A DNA stretch of 64,000 nucleotides, from the IMG/VR virus record IMGVR_UViG_3300028864_000014, positions 1-64,000 of that record, one strand, 5' to 3'. Both the position numbers and the translations under genes were made by a program. How positions within the stretch are numbered: the first letter of the stretch is position 1; the number at the start of each line of letters is the position of its first letter. This document shows, in pieces, positions 47,176 to 56,413 of the stretch. The notes beneath the pieces are model-generated. The model was given only the letters and a program-made list of their open reading frames with translations. It had not been told where the DNA came from and did no database searches.

Positions 47176-47528
47176 AAGATGACATATGCAGTGACAATTT
47201 CAGTAGATATGGACAAAAATATTCTGAATTGATATTAAAATATCTAAATATTAAATATTATCATTCAAGAATCGATTGGTCAATATTGATAATAATTAAA
47301 AATGATGATTATTTATTGCGTAGTATATTAGACAATTTTTTTTATTTTGAAAAAATAACTAATTTAGATGATGATACATTTTTAAACTATTATTCTATAG
47401 AAATAGACAATGAAAACACACATGTCTTAAAAATTGTAGATTTTTCAACTAATGTTTTTAAATCATATAAGAAAATTCTAAGAAAAATTAAATTAAAATT
47501 TATAGAAGGATGTCAAAAATATTCATAA
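47172..47528 (+). CDS. RKxK[IL] C-terminal family protein
   Basis: Ends LRKIKLKFIEGCQKYS. Confidence 0.6.
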   Translation: MKDDICSDNFSRYGQKYSELILKYLNIKYYHSRIDWSILIIIKNDDYLLRSILDNFFYFEKITNLDDDTFLNYYSIEIDNENTHVLKIVDFSTNVFKSYKKILRKIKLKFIEGCQKYS

Positions 47529-48490
47529 TAAGTAACACAAATTTTAATATATCTAAAAATATATCAGCAAAAGATTGGCTTAAAAATATGGAGATTTATT
47601 ATAACAATGAATTTATTCCATATCTAACAGAAAATGTAAAACCAAATGATATTCTAATTCATTTAGGTAACTTTCTATACAAATCAAAGAATATTGATTT
47701 GACTGTTCTAAATTTCATACAAAAATTATTTGAAAGAATATCAGAAATTTTACCTGTTTATATAATAGAAGGAGAAAATGATAAACTATCACTTAACATA
47801 CTTAAAAATTTCAAAAACATAGAAGTAATTAATGAGCCTACTCAAATAAAATTATTAGTTGAACAAGTATTCACAATATTACCATATAATACAAAAATTG
47901 AAGATATTGATAAATTTGAATCAGATATATGTTTCTTCAATTTTGACTATTTAAATTCATCAAAAAAAGACATCATCATAAACAAATTAAGAAAATTTAA
48001 AAAGTGTTATAATGGATTTTATGATAAAAATGGTGTAGTAAAAAACATAAAAAATTTAGGATCACCATACAATACAGAAAGTGATGAAACCAAAGGATTC
48101 ATCATACTTGATGTTTATAATGATAAAGATAAATTTGTAAAAAATAAAATAAGTCCAAATTTCAAAAAGATTTCAATAAATTCCGAATCAGATTTAAATA
48201 TTAATAAAGAAATATTTAATAATAATTATGTTAGTCTTAATATAAATAAAAAAATATTAATTGACAACAAAATCAAAATAGATATGTTAATTTCAGAAAA
48301 TGACATAGTGAATATAAGTTATTCAGATGATGAAATAATAAAAGATAAGGAAGATATATTGGAATTAAATGAAAGTTCATTATCATTAAATGAAATGGTG
48401 ATTGACTATATAAACAAATCAGATTCTATCAATAAAAATAAAATATTAGAAGAATTTAAAACCATAATAGAATTAAATAAAAAAAAGTGA
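47510..48490 (+). CDS. gp47/SbcD/Mre11-like metallophosphoesterase-fold protein with degenerate active site
   Basis: Motif scaffold IISNTNF, IHLGNFL, IIEGEND, NGFYD, LGSPY, KGF. Confidence 0.75.
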   Translation: MSKIFIISNTNFNISKNISAKDWLKNMEIYYNNEFIPYLTENVKPNDILIHLGNFLYKSKNIDLTVLNFIQKLFERISEILPVYIIEGENDKLSLNILKNFKNIEVINEPTQIKLLVEQVFTILPYNTKIEDIDKFESDICFFNFDYLNSSKKDIIINKLRKFKKCYNGFYDKNGVVKNIKNLGSPYNTESDETKGFIILDVYNDKDKFVKNKISPNFKKISINSESDLNINKEIFNNNYVSLNINKKILIDNKIKIDMLISENDIVNISYSDDEIIKDKEDILELNESSLSLNEMVIDYINKSDSINKNKILEEFKTIIELNKKK

Positions 48491-48512
48491 TTTCAATTGA
48501 AATCACTTTTTT
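48481..48512. terminator. bidirectional intrinsic terminator
   Basis: aaaaaagtgatttcaattgaaatcactttttt, perfect palindrome. Confidence 0.8.
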
Positions 48513-48516
48513 ATGG

Positions 48517-48702
48517 TCATATTTGTATTCTTGATAAAATTGCTAATAATCCAAAAACTTTAAGAAGCCAAATAACCAAAATGATAATAACTACAATGTT
48601 CAAGATATTTTTTATTTTGGCATCCATAGGAATATACGAATTCACCAACCATAAAATAATACCAACCACGATCAAAACCAATAATACTGTTAATATAGAC
48701 AT
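48517..48702 (-). CDS. small two-TM membrane protein (Thivi_2564-like)
   Basis: LLVLIVVGIILWLVNSYIPMDAKIKNILNIVV. Confidence 0.75.
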   Translation of the reverse strand: MSILTVLLVLIVVGIILWLVNSYIPMDAKIKNILNIVVIIILVIWLLKVFGLLAILSRIQI

Positions 48703-48778
48703 AGTTTTTTATTATATATATAAAATGTGAAATATGTTAAATAGCCAAATAAAAAATGATTTCAATTGAAATATTTTG

Positions 48779-49162
48779 TTAATATGTGAATATTTTATCT
48801 CTTAATTTTTTACATTCTAAATACTCTTCAGTGTTCAATTTTTCTACATAATTTTTAAAATCTATATAAATATCTGGAAATTTCACACCTTCATCTGTAC
48901 TAGGTTGTTTACGATCATAATGATATTTTAAGGACCATTCTTCATTAATACTATCAAAATATTTAATAATATCATCTTTACATGTGAAATAATTTATCAT
49001 AAATTGATATGGATTTTTAAATTCTTTTTTTATACCCATTTTAGCCAATTCTATCATATCTTCAAGTTCTTGTTCTGCATTTATATCATCTTTATGAGAT
49101 AAAATTTCATCTATATTTTTAAACATATTGACTACTGTATCAAAAATTTCTATATTCATCAT
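48779..49162 (-). CDS. hypothetical protein with UVR-like C-terminal motif
   Basis: EEYLECKKLRDKI. Confidence 0.55.
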   Translation of the reverse strand: MMNIEIFDTVVNMFKNIDEILSHKDDINAEQELEDMIELAKMGIKKEFKNPYQFMINYFTCKDDIIKYFDSINEEWSLKYHYDRKQPSTDEGVKFPDIYIDFKNYVEKLNTEEYLECKKLRDKIFTY

Positions 49163-49176
49163 TTTTAGTTTTTTAT

Positions 49177-50328
49177 TTAAAATCCTATTTTATTAGTATC
49201 ATTATCTGAATCAATTAATTGCTTTCCACCATCAACTTCTTCATAAATATCAGCCAATGTAGCGGGTTCATTGTATTTTTTATTCAATCCTATATGTTCA
49301 GATAGTTTAGTTGCTTGCTTAGATGTCAATTTTTTAAACTTACAATCAACCATAAGTCTTCCTTTTCTTAACAATGCCTTATCTATTATCTTTTTATCTA
49401 CATTAAATGTTGCTATTATTTGCATATCCATATGATCATTTAATAATCCATCACTAATATTCAAAATATTACTAACAGCTTGATTTCTTTCTTCTTGAGG
49501 AGATGTCAATATTGATTCTGCATCTTCCAATAATAATATAGCATTTTTAAATTTTGAAATAAATGATATTAATCCAGGACTTGCTATATCCATCATCAAA
49601 AATGATGGAACATAAATTATAGTTTTTTCATTTGCTAATTCAGAAACAAGTTTACGAAGATACATAGTTTTTCCACAGCCTTCTAATCCATGAAATAAAA
49701 ATAATCCATGTTTATTTTTTTTTATTTTTTTTAATATTTCTACGTGTTTATCAACAAAAGAGTCACCATAATTTAAATCTATATCAATATCATAATCTTT
49801 TATTGAAGCAGGATGTAATTCATAGCCCATTGAATTGGATGCTATTATAAAAAAGGTTTTATTTATTGGTTGAACAAATACAATATCTCTAAGTTCATTA
49901 GATATAGTATCTACGTATTCTATTGCATCTGAATCAAAGTATATCAACAAATCTGATATTTTATTTTTTTGTGATTCTTCTGTGTCATATAATTGAATAT
50001 CATTTATTTTTTCTTCATCATAGAATTGAATAATAAGTTTAAATGGCTTATCAACTTTAATTATATATTTATAACTTTTTTCAACTCTATTCTTAGTATC
50101 AGAATGTACATCACAAAAAAACGTAATATTTTCAGGTTTCAATTTAAATTTATTATTTATATATTTCCAAAAGTCATCTGAATATATTTGATCGCTTAAA
50201 AAAAGTCTATTTACAATTTTTCCAAATTCAGTGAGAGAATAAACATCCTCTCTTCTATCTAATGCTTGATCTGTTAATAGATAAGGTGGTAATTTATTCG
50301 ATATTGATTTTTCATTCATATCACTCAT
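49177..50328 (-). CDS. AAA+ ATPase
   Basis: GLEGCGKT, LLLEDAE, LNISDG, LLRKGRL. Confidence 0.88.
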   Translation of the reverse strand: MSDMNEKSISNKLPPYLLTDQALDRREDVYSLTEFGKIVNRLFLSDQIYSDDFWKYINNKFKLKPENITFFCDVHSDTKNRVEKSYKYIIKVDKPFKLIIQFYDEEKINDIQLYDTEESQKNKISDLLIYFDSDAIEYVDTISNELRDIVFVQPINKTFFIIASNSMGYELHPASIKDYDIDIDLNYGDSFVDKHVEILKKIKKNKHGLFLFHGLEGCGKTMYLRKLVSELANEKTIIYVPSFLMMDIASPGLISFISKFKNAILLLEDAESILTSPQEERNQAVSNILNISDGLLNDHMDMQIIATFNVDKKIIDKALLRKGRLMVDCKFKKLTSKQATKLSEHIGLNKKYNEPATLADIYEEVDGGKQLIDSDNDTNKIGF

Positions 50329-50401
50329 TATTATAATACTTTATTTTAAATAATATATGATATAATTTTTTAATAGTTTATTTTTAATATATAGATTAAC
50401 T

Positions 50402-50680
50402 ATGAGATACATAAAAACATTTGAAGATAAATCAGATAAAATAGAAGTAGGAGACTATGTTATCATTAAAAATAATACAGCATGTCATCCGAAATTTAAT
50501 CATTTTTTTATAAATCCTTGTGAAGTCACATCATTAGATAATTCAGCAATTGATGGACACAACATAAAATTAAAATGTAAAACAGATAATATATGGTGGA
50601 AGAAAACAGACATCTATTATCATTCAAAAAGAAAAGAAGATGTAGAATCAATTTTAAATACAAGAAAATTCAATTTATGA
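50402..50680 (+). CDS. KFN[LI]-tag family protein, SH3-like
   Basis: MRYIKTFE, IEVGDYVII ... RKFNL. Confidence 0.8.
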   Translation: MRYIKTFEDKSDKIEVGDYVIIKNNTACHPKFNHFFINPCEVTSLDNSAIDGHNIKLKCKTDNIWWKKTDIYYHSKRKEDVESILNTRKFNL

Positions 50681-50690
50681 GAAAAATCAT

Positions 50691-50999
50691 ATGAAAAATA
50701 TTAGATTATATGAAGAATATATAATCACAAACTATGAAGTTGGTGATTACATTTTATTTAAAGATGATTATCTAAAGTTCTGGAAGAAAAATAAATCTGG
50801 AATATCTAATGATGTTTTCAAATTTGCAAAAATAACTGGATTAAACGCAAAAAATGATGATAGATATATTCTTGAAGTAATAGAAGATAATGATATAGTT
50901 ACATATTATTTAGAAGAAAAATATTTTGAAAGAAAATTAACATCAGAAGAAATAGAAGAATTTGAAATAACAAAAAAGTCATTAAAATTTAATATATGA
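50691..50999 (+). CDS. KFN[LI]-tag family protein, SH3-like
   Basis: MKNIRLYEE, YEVGDYILF ... LKFNI. Confidence 0.8.
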   Translation: MKNIRLYEEYIITNYEVGDYILFKDDYLKFWKKNKSGISNDVFKFAKITGLNAKNDDRYILEVIEDNDIVTYYLEEKYFERKLTSEEIEEFEITKKSLKFNI

Positions 51000-51598
51000 T
51001 AAAAAATTATACACAATACATAAAAGAATCATACAATGAAATACACAGCAACTACGTAATGATAGATGATGATGAAACTGATAAGATATATATCGGAAAG
51101 GTAAAATTATCAAACAGAAATAATTTTGTAGATTTATCATATTTTTATTGGTTTGATAAGTCTAAATTAAAATTAGAAAAAATTAGCGGTACAATTAGAT
51201 TTAATGATTACACATTAAATATTACATATCAATCTGATAGCTTAAAAAACTGTTTAATTAAAATATCTAACCTATATGACGGCATACAAAAATTCAAGAC
51301 TTATAAAAAATATATCATAGGAGAAAATGATAAATATATAGGATTATACGAAGTTGAATATTCTGAACCATGGATTAAATATATGAATAAATATCCAAAT
51401 GTAAAATTACATTTTTCATATTATCCTGAATCAGAAAGAAAGAAAATATTTGACCATACAAACTCTAAATATGAGAATTCACCAAAATCAATAATGAGTT
51501 TCAACGTAGATATGAATACAATAAAAGAATTTGATTCATTTGATGACGCATATTCAGTGTTAGAGATAAAGCAAGACGCAAACAAATTTAATTTGTAA
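50996..51598 (+). CDS. KFN[LI]-tag family protein, two similar internal modules
   Basis: MIKNYTQYIKES ... NKFNL. Confidence 0.8.
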   Translation: MIKNYTQYIKESYNEIHSNYVMIDDDETDKIYIGKVKLSNRNNFVDLSYFYWFDKSKLKLEKISGTIRFNDYTLNITYQSDSLKNCLIKISNLYDGIQKFKTYKKYIIGENDKYIGLYEVEYSEPWIKYMNKYPNVKLHFSYYPESERKKIFDHTNSKYENSPKSIMSFNVDMNTIKEFDSFDDAYSVLEIKQDANKFNL

Positions 51599-51634
51599 AT
51601 ATATAATTTCGAGTAAAAAAAAAAATTAAAATAT

Positions 51635-52054
51635 ATGATATATTTAAAAAAATTTGAATCAGAAAATATAATGGAAAACGAACAATGTTTTGTTTTCCTC
51701 CAAGGAAATGATGCAAATGAAGAACATTACTATGATTTGGTTCGTGAAAGTAAAAATGACAATTTAATACTTTATCCAGAAAGATCCATGACATTTGCTG
51801 ATACTGTTGATTATAAACGTTATGTTAAATCAGTAGTTACTGAAAATCCATTTATAATATCTTGTTATCCAAGAGAGAATGTATGGATATTACAAGATGA
51901 TGATTGGACTCATCCAGATCAACAAACATATGGAGCTAGTGTAAATCTTATAACATCTTCAATTTTACAATATAGAAACACTATACCAACTTCTGTGTTA
52001 GGCGGTGGTAAATTTAAAGATAAAGTTAAAAAGTTAAAAAATTATAATGATTAA
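51635..52054 (+). CDS. CTS-bearing protein resembling the C-terminal part of an ABC-type ATPase
   Basis: MIYLKKFES; ILYPERSM, VVTENPFII, NVWIL. Confidence 0.55.
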   Translation: MIYLKKFESENIMENEQCFVFLQGNDANEEHYYDLVRESKNDNLILYPERSMTFADTVDYKRYVKSVVTENPFIISCYPRENVWILQDDDWTHPDQQTYGASVNLITSSILQYRNTIPTSVLGGGKFKDKVKKLKNYND

Positions 52055-52072
52055 AAAATTATTACACACATA

Positions 52073-52339
52073 ATGAAATACGTTAAAAAATACGAAAATT
52101 TAAAAAAAGTCACTCCAAATTTCAAAGAAGGAGACTATGTCATTTGCATAGATAGCGAAGACTCAATCTTAACTAAAGACATGATATATTTAGTGAAAAA
52201 AATATTAAAAAATGTAAATGGTTATTATGTTTGTAAAGTAAATAGTAAATTAGGAAAAATTGGTGAAAATTTAGGAACATTTTTATGTGATAGATTTATA
52301 TCAGAAATTGAATATAATACAAACAAATTTAATTTATAA
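52073..52339 (+). CDS. KFN[LI]-tag family protein, SH3-like
   Basis: MKYVKKYE, FKEGDYVIC ... NKFNL. Confidence 0.8.
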   Translation: MKYVKKYENLKKVTPNFKEGDYVICIDSEDSILTKDMIYLVKKILKNVNGYYVCKVNSKLGKIGENLGTFLCDRFISEIEYNTNKFNL

Positions 52340-52342
52340 AAA

Positions 52343-52924
52343 ATGATAAAAAAATATTTACAATACATAACTGAATCAATAACAACCGATGTTGATGGAT
52401 TATTGAACAGTATAAATGACACTAAAATAGATTTCTTTAAAATTGGATTATCAAATGATGATTATATAGAAAAAACTATAGATTTTTTATATGATGATAG
52501 TGATTTTAATCAACAATTATTTAAACAGAATCTCAAAAAAGGAGAGATGGAAACTACAATGGAAATTGAGAATTTTTTAAGAAAAGACATTGACATGAAA
52601 TTTTTCTTTCTATATAGTAGAGATGAAACAGTTTTAGATAATCCAAATTATATAATTTTACAATATTACAAAGATGATAAATGGTACCCTATTGAAATAT
52701 ATTCAATAAAAGGAAAAGTGGAAGAATTCTACAAAAAACTAACAGCAAAAACTATAAAATTAACTCTTGATAATATTACATATATTTATCAAACATCTAA
52801 TTCTGGTAATAATTGGTTATTAAAAGAACCAGAAAAGAAAACTTCTAAATTCAAAGAAAATATAAATACAGATGATATAAAAACGTTAATAAAGGGCGGA
52901 GCTAAATTAAAAATTATAGACTAA
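52343..52924 (+). CDS. CTS-bearing hypothetical protein
   Basis: MIKKYLQYITES. Confidence 0.7.
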   Translation: MIKKYLQYITESITTDVDGLLNSINDTKIDFFKIGLSNDDYIEKTIDFLYDDSDFNQQLFKQNLKKGEMETTMEIENFLRKDIDMKFFFLYSRDETVLDNPNYIILQYYKDDKWYPIEIYSIKGKVEEFYKKLTAKTIKLTLDNITYIYQTSNSGNNWLLKEPEKKTSKFKENINTDDIKTLIKGGAKLKIID

Positions 52925-53287
52925 ATGAAATATTTGAAAACATATGAAAACTTAAATGTTCCTAAAGAATACATTCTTTGTTTACTTGATCACAAAGATA
53001 GATGGGATAGAAATTTCTATCATGAAGGTAAAGAACCTGTATATGTAATATTCAAAGTTTTAAAGCATGAAAAAAATAATAGTAATTATTATGATACAGA
53101 TTTGAAAATAATTTATGAATATCAAGATGAAGATAATTATTGTGATCGTAGATGGGACAAAATAAGAAACGAAGAAAGATTATTTTTTGAAAGTATAAAA
53201 GATAAAATAATCTATCAATCCAACAATTCAAAAGATGTATTAAACAAACTAAATATAATTAGGCAATCAAACAAATTTAATCTATAA
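52925..53287 (+). CDS. KFN[LI]-tag family protein
   Basis: MKYLKTYE ... NKFNL. Confidence 0.8.
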   Translation: MKYLKTYENLNVPKEYILCLLDHKDRWDRNFYHEGKEPVYVIFKVLKHEKNNSNYYDTDLKIIYEYQDEDNYCDRRWDKIRNEERLFFESIKDKIIYQSNNSKDVLNKLNIIRQSNKFNL

Positions 53288-53288
53288 C

Positions 53289-53609
53289 ATGAATCATTTA
53301 AAAAAATTTGAGAACATAAATAAAGAAGATATAGATTACAATAAAATTTATTTATATAAGAATAAAGGTGGATATGTAGCAATTGGAAAAATAAAATTAA
53401 TCAATAATTGCTACACATTTTATGAATATTATGATAATCATGATACCTTTGAATTTGGAAATCTAATAGTAAAAATAGATTATTCTAAATATTATGAGGA
53501 TGATTATATGAGGATGAATTCAGAAGATTTTGATTATTTAAATATTGCACCACAAGATGAAATCAAAAAATACAATTTTGCATTAGACTCTAAAAAATTC
53601 AATTTATAA
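53289..53609 (+). CDS. KFN[LI]-tag family protein
   Basis: MNHLKKFE ... KKFNL. Confidence 0.8.
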   Translation: MNHLKKFENINKEDIDYNKIYLYKNKGGYVAIGKIKLINNCYTFYEYYDNHDTFEFGNLIVKIDYSKYYEDDYMRMNSEDFDYLNIAPQDEIKKYNFALDSKKFNL

Positions 53610-53610
53610 T

Positions 53611-53883
53611 ATGAAACATTTAAAAATATTTGAGACATTTGATGAAGAATATAATATTGGCGATTGTGTAATAGTCATCAGTGAATTTAATAACATAGAT
53701 GATGAGCCAATGATAATAATATCTGATAATGATTTTGGTAGTTACACATGTAAGTTTTTAAATCAAGGTAGCCATGACTATCCTGATGTTAAAATTTATC
53801 CAGATGAGATTACAAGAAAAGCAACATCAGAAGATTTAGAAATATCTAAAATGTCTATAACAACAAGTAAATTCAATTTATGA
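53611..53883 (+). CDS. KFN[LI]-tag family protein, SH3-like
   Basis: MKHLKIFE, YNIGDCVIV ... SKFNL. Confidence 0.8.
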   Translation: MKHLKIFETFDEEYNIGDCVIVISEFNNIDDEPMIIISDNDFGSYTCKFLNQGSHDYPDVKIYPDEITRKATSEDLEISKMSITTSKFNL

Positions 53884-54405
53884 TTTTATTTCAAAACATT
53901 GTCCGAAGTCAGAAAACAACAAATCAAATTTTTCATAATTTGAACCAAAGTAAATGAAGCAGCAAGCCATTGGAGCACCTTTTTTATCTTCAACACCTTC
54001 ACTCCAAAATTTCAATCTTGTATCTTTTAAAAAACACAAACCTTTTGCTTTTTTGAATATTAAATCTTTAAAATGCTTAGTGTTAGTAGCAACTGGAATC
54101 AGATACAAAATTTCACTTTTATAATTTTCATTTGCATCGACTCCTTTTTTAATCCAATCATATATTCTTGTTTTATTTTCAACATCTGAACCATAAGGAG
54201 GATTAACAAATAAAGTTTTATAGTTCCAACTTTCTTTTAATCCATCTGTTGGTAAAATATATTTAATTTTAGCATCTATCATACTAGTTTCATTACTACA
54301 TGGATCTAATACTACTTCTCCTAACATTTTATTTATTAATTCTACAAATTTAGGTGGAGTGTTCCATGTTTTATTTTTAGATATACTATTTCTTCCTGCA
54401 GTCAT
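53878..54405 (-). CDS. Phage DNA N6-adenine methyltransferase
   Basis: WNTPP, LDPCS, FVNPPYG. Confidence 0.85.
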   Translation of the reverse strand: MTAGRNSISKNKTWNTPPKFVELINKMLGEVVLDPCSNETSMIDAKIKYILPTDGLKESWNYKTLFVNPPYGSDVENKTRIYDWIKKGVDANENYKSEILYLIPVATNTKHFKDLIFKKAKGLCFLKDTRLKFWSEGVEDKKGAPMACCFIYFGSNYEKFDLLFSDFGQCFEIKS

Positions 54406-54455
54406 TAAATTGATTATTATTTTTTAATATATATAGAAAAATAAGGTTTCAAAAC

Positions 54456-55145
54456 ATGATTGTCTATAAAAAAATTTTAGAATATTTAGATAATAAAGAA
54501 AAGAATGAAAACTACAAATTAATTGATTATACTAGATTATCAGATAGTTTAACTAATGATCAAATTAAAGATTTGTGTAAAGAAGCGGAAGATAATAATT
54601 TTTATGCAATTTCTGTATTACCAGAATTTGTAGCATCAGTAGAATCATTCGTTAAAAATGAAATTAAAGTATCTGCATTAATTGATTTTCCTAAAGGAAA
54701 TTCAATCACAAAATATAAACTTGATCAAATTGATAAATCAATTGTCAATGGAGCTGATGAAATTGATGTTGTACTTAATTATGAATTGATAAAAAAAGAT
54801 AAAACAGAAGAATTAGAAACAGAAATAAGAAAATTGACGGAATATTGTCACAAAGAAGGTTCAATCATAAAATTAACAATTGAAATTGGAGCACTTAACA
54901 ATGAAGAAATTGAAAAAATTTGTAGAATGTGCATTGAAAATAATGTAGATTATATATCTACATCTACTGGAAAATTACCTAATGATGAATCATTTGAACA
55001 AAAAATTGAGAAAGTTAAATTCATGAGAAAAATATTACCTGATTATGTTAAAATAAAATTCACTGGTGGTATTAGAACAACCGAACAAATAAAAGAGATT
55101 AAATCTCTGGTAGATAGAATCGGAACAAGTATAATTCCACAATAA
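54456..55145 (+). CDS. deoC: Deoxyribose-phosphate aldolase-like protein
   Basis: IDFPKG, GADEIDVV, KLTIE, STSTGK, KFTGGIR, RIGTS. Confidence 0.85.
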   Translation: MIVYKKILEYLDNKEKNENYKLIDYTRLSDSLTNDQIKDLCKEAEDNNFYAISVLPEFVASVESFVKNEIKVSALIDFPKGNSITKYKLDQIDKSIVNGADEIDVVLNYELIKKDKTEELETEIRKLTEYCHKEGSIIKLTIEIGALNNEEIEKICRMCIENNVDYISTSTGKLPNDESFEQKIEKVKFMRKILPDYVKIKFTGGIRTTEQIKEIKSLVDRIGTSIIPQ

Positions 55146-55157
55146 AAAATATAATTT

Positions 55158-55490
55158 ATGAAACATTTAAAATACTTTGAAAATAAAATAAAAAAATACG
55201 AAATTGGAGATTTTGTTATAGGTAAAGTTGATTGGACAGAAACAGACGGTTATACAATTGATGAGATAAATAATTACTTGAGTAATGAAGCAGGAGAAAT
55301 AGTAGACATGGAACTAAATGGAATAGATGATGATTTCATAACTCTACGTTATATGAATTTATCACTACCTATGTTTGAGTTTTGTGAAGATATAATATGT
55401 TTTGATACTAATCAAATACTAAGATATGCAACACAGAAGGAAATAGAAATATTTAAAATGAAAGAAAACACAGAAAAATTCAATTTATAA
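55158..55490 (+). CDS. KFN[LI]-tag family protein, SH3-like
   Basis: MKHLKYFE, YEIGDFVI ... EKFNL. Confidence 0.8.
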   Translation: MKHLKYFENKIKKYEIGDFVIGKVDWTETDGYTIDEINNYLSNEAGEIVDMELNGIDDDFITLRYMNLSLPMFEFCEDIICFDTNQILRYATQKEIEIFKMKENTEKFNL

Positions 55491-55522
55491 AAAAAGTGAT
55501 TATCAATTGATAATCACTTTTT
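55491..55522. terminator. bidirectional intrinsic terminator
   Basis: aaaaagtgattatcaattgataatcacttttt. Confidence 0.8.
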
Positions 55523-55524
55523 AT

Positions 55525-56319
55525 TTATTTTAAAATATTAAAATATTTATTAAAAATAGCTATTCTGTCATCCAACCCATTTGTACCTCCATTAATACGT
55601 TTAGTTAATTCAGTTATAACTTGGGTAGAACTTCCTTTATCACAAATAGTCCATAAATTATTAGTGTTGAAGAAAAAAGCTGCACTCATCAATGGATATT
55701 TAGTTGCTACCAAACCTGGATTAGTCAATAAATCTTCAGTAACAAGTTTATCAAATGCAGAATAATTCACTTTACCAGTAAGTTGAATATAACCCCTTCC
55801 GCAATATTTATAACCATCACCAGATGCTTCATCTCCATTACCCATTCGATTTGCATATGCTCTATCAGCTATTTGTTCTGGTTTTCTTGCATATGATTCA
55901 TTTAATTTTCCTGGAAAATATTTAGGAAAAGTAGATTTCAGTGCAGAAGCAGAATAATTTAAATTTTCTTTCACAGCAGTAAAATTCATACTCTCGTGAG
56001 CACACTGTGATAAAAAATGACATAATCTAAGAGATGTTGTAATATTAAACTTTGCTGCAGTATCAGGTATTTGAGCCAATACTACATCTGGAATATGTCC
56101 TTTTAATTTGTCAATAATTGTTTGTTCCATATTTTTATCATTATTTTTATTTGTAGTGGTACTTGTAGTAGTACTTGTAGTAGTACTTGTAGCAACTCTT
56201 TCAATAGTACTTGAAGTAGTAGTACTTGTAGTCGTACTTGTAGTAGTACTTGTATCAGAACTTGAACTATTTATTAAATCAAATATAAACTTGAAAAAAC
56301 TTTTTAATAATTCTATCAT
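55525..56319 (-). CDS. GH19-family lysozyme (endolysin) with N-terminal Thr/Ser linker
   Basis: HFLSQCAHES, YCGRGYIQLTGKVNY, INGGTNG. Confidence 0.9.
   Translation of the reverse strand: MIELLKSFFKFIFDLINSSSSDTSTTTSTTTSTTTSSTIERVATSTTTSTTTSTTTNKNNDKNMEQTIIDKLKGHIPDVVLAQIPDTAAKFNITTSLRLCHFLSQCAHESMNFTAVKENLNYSASALKSTFPKYFPGKLNESYARKPEQIADRAYANRMGNGDEASGDGYKYCGRGYIQLTGKVNYSAFDKLVTEDLLTNPGLVATKYPLMSAAFFFNTNNLWTICDKGSSTQVITELTKRINGGTNGLDDRIAIFNKYFNILK
56152..56252 (-). repeat. 12-nt coding repeat (STTT)n
   Basis: gtagtagtactt units on the plus strand. Confidence 0.9.
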
Positions 56320-56353
56320 TTTTATAAGTATATATAATTATTTTTATATATAC

Positions 56354-56385
56354 TTTGGTATTACCAATATAAAAATGTATATTTG
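56354..56385 (+). promoter_or_regulatory. Bacteroidota housekeeping-type promoter
   Basis: TTTG-N20-TATATTTG. Confidence 0.65.
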
Positions 56386-56413
56386 CATTCTAAAAAATTA
56401 CACAGACATTTTA

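Noticed and set aside
50402-55490. Diversity-generating retroelement or integron-like cassette array
   Set aside because: No reverse transcriptase or integrase in the window, no template/variable repeat pair and no attC-like inverted repeats between genes
48481-55522. Similar palindromes (gtgatttcaattgaaatcac, gtgattatcaattgataatcac) as transposon ends or operators
   Set aside because: Each sits between convergent genes with A and T tails, consistent with bidirectional terminators; no transposase or target duplication seen
56108-56413. Long Val-rich N-terminal extension of the NUDIX ORF
   Set aside because: Antisense of the endolysin STTT linker; promoter at 56354-56385 and CTS-like start at 56414 define the real gene
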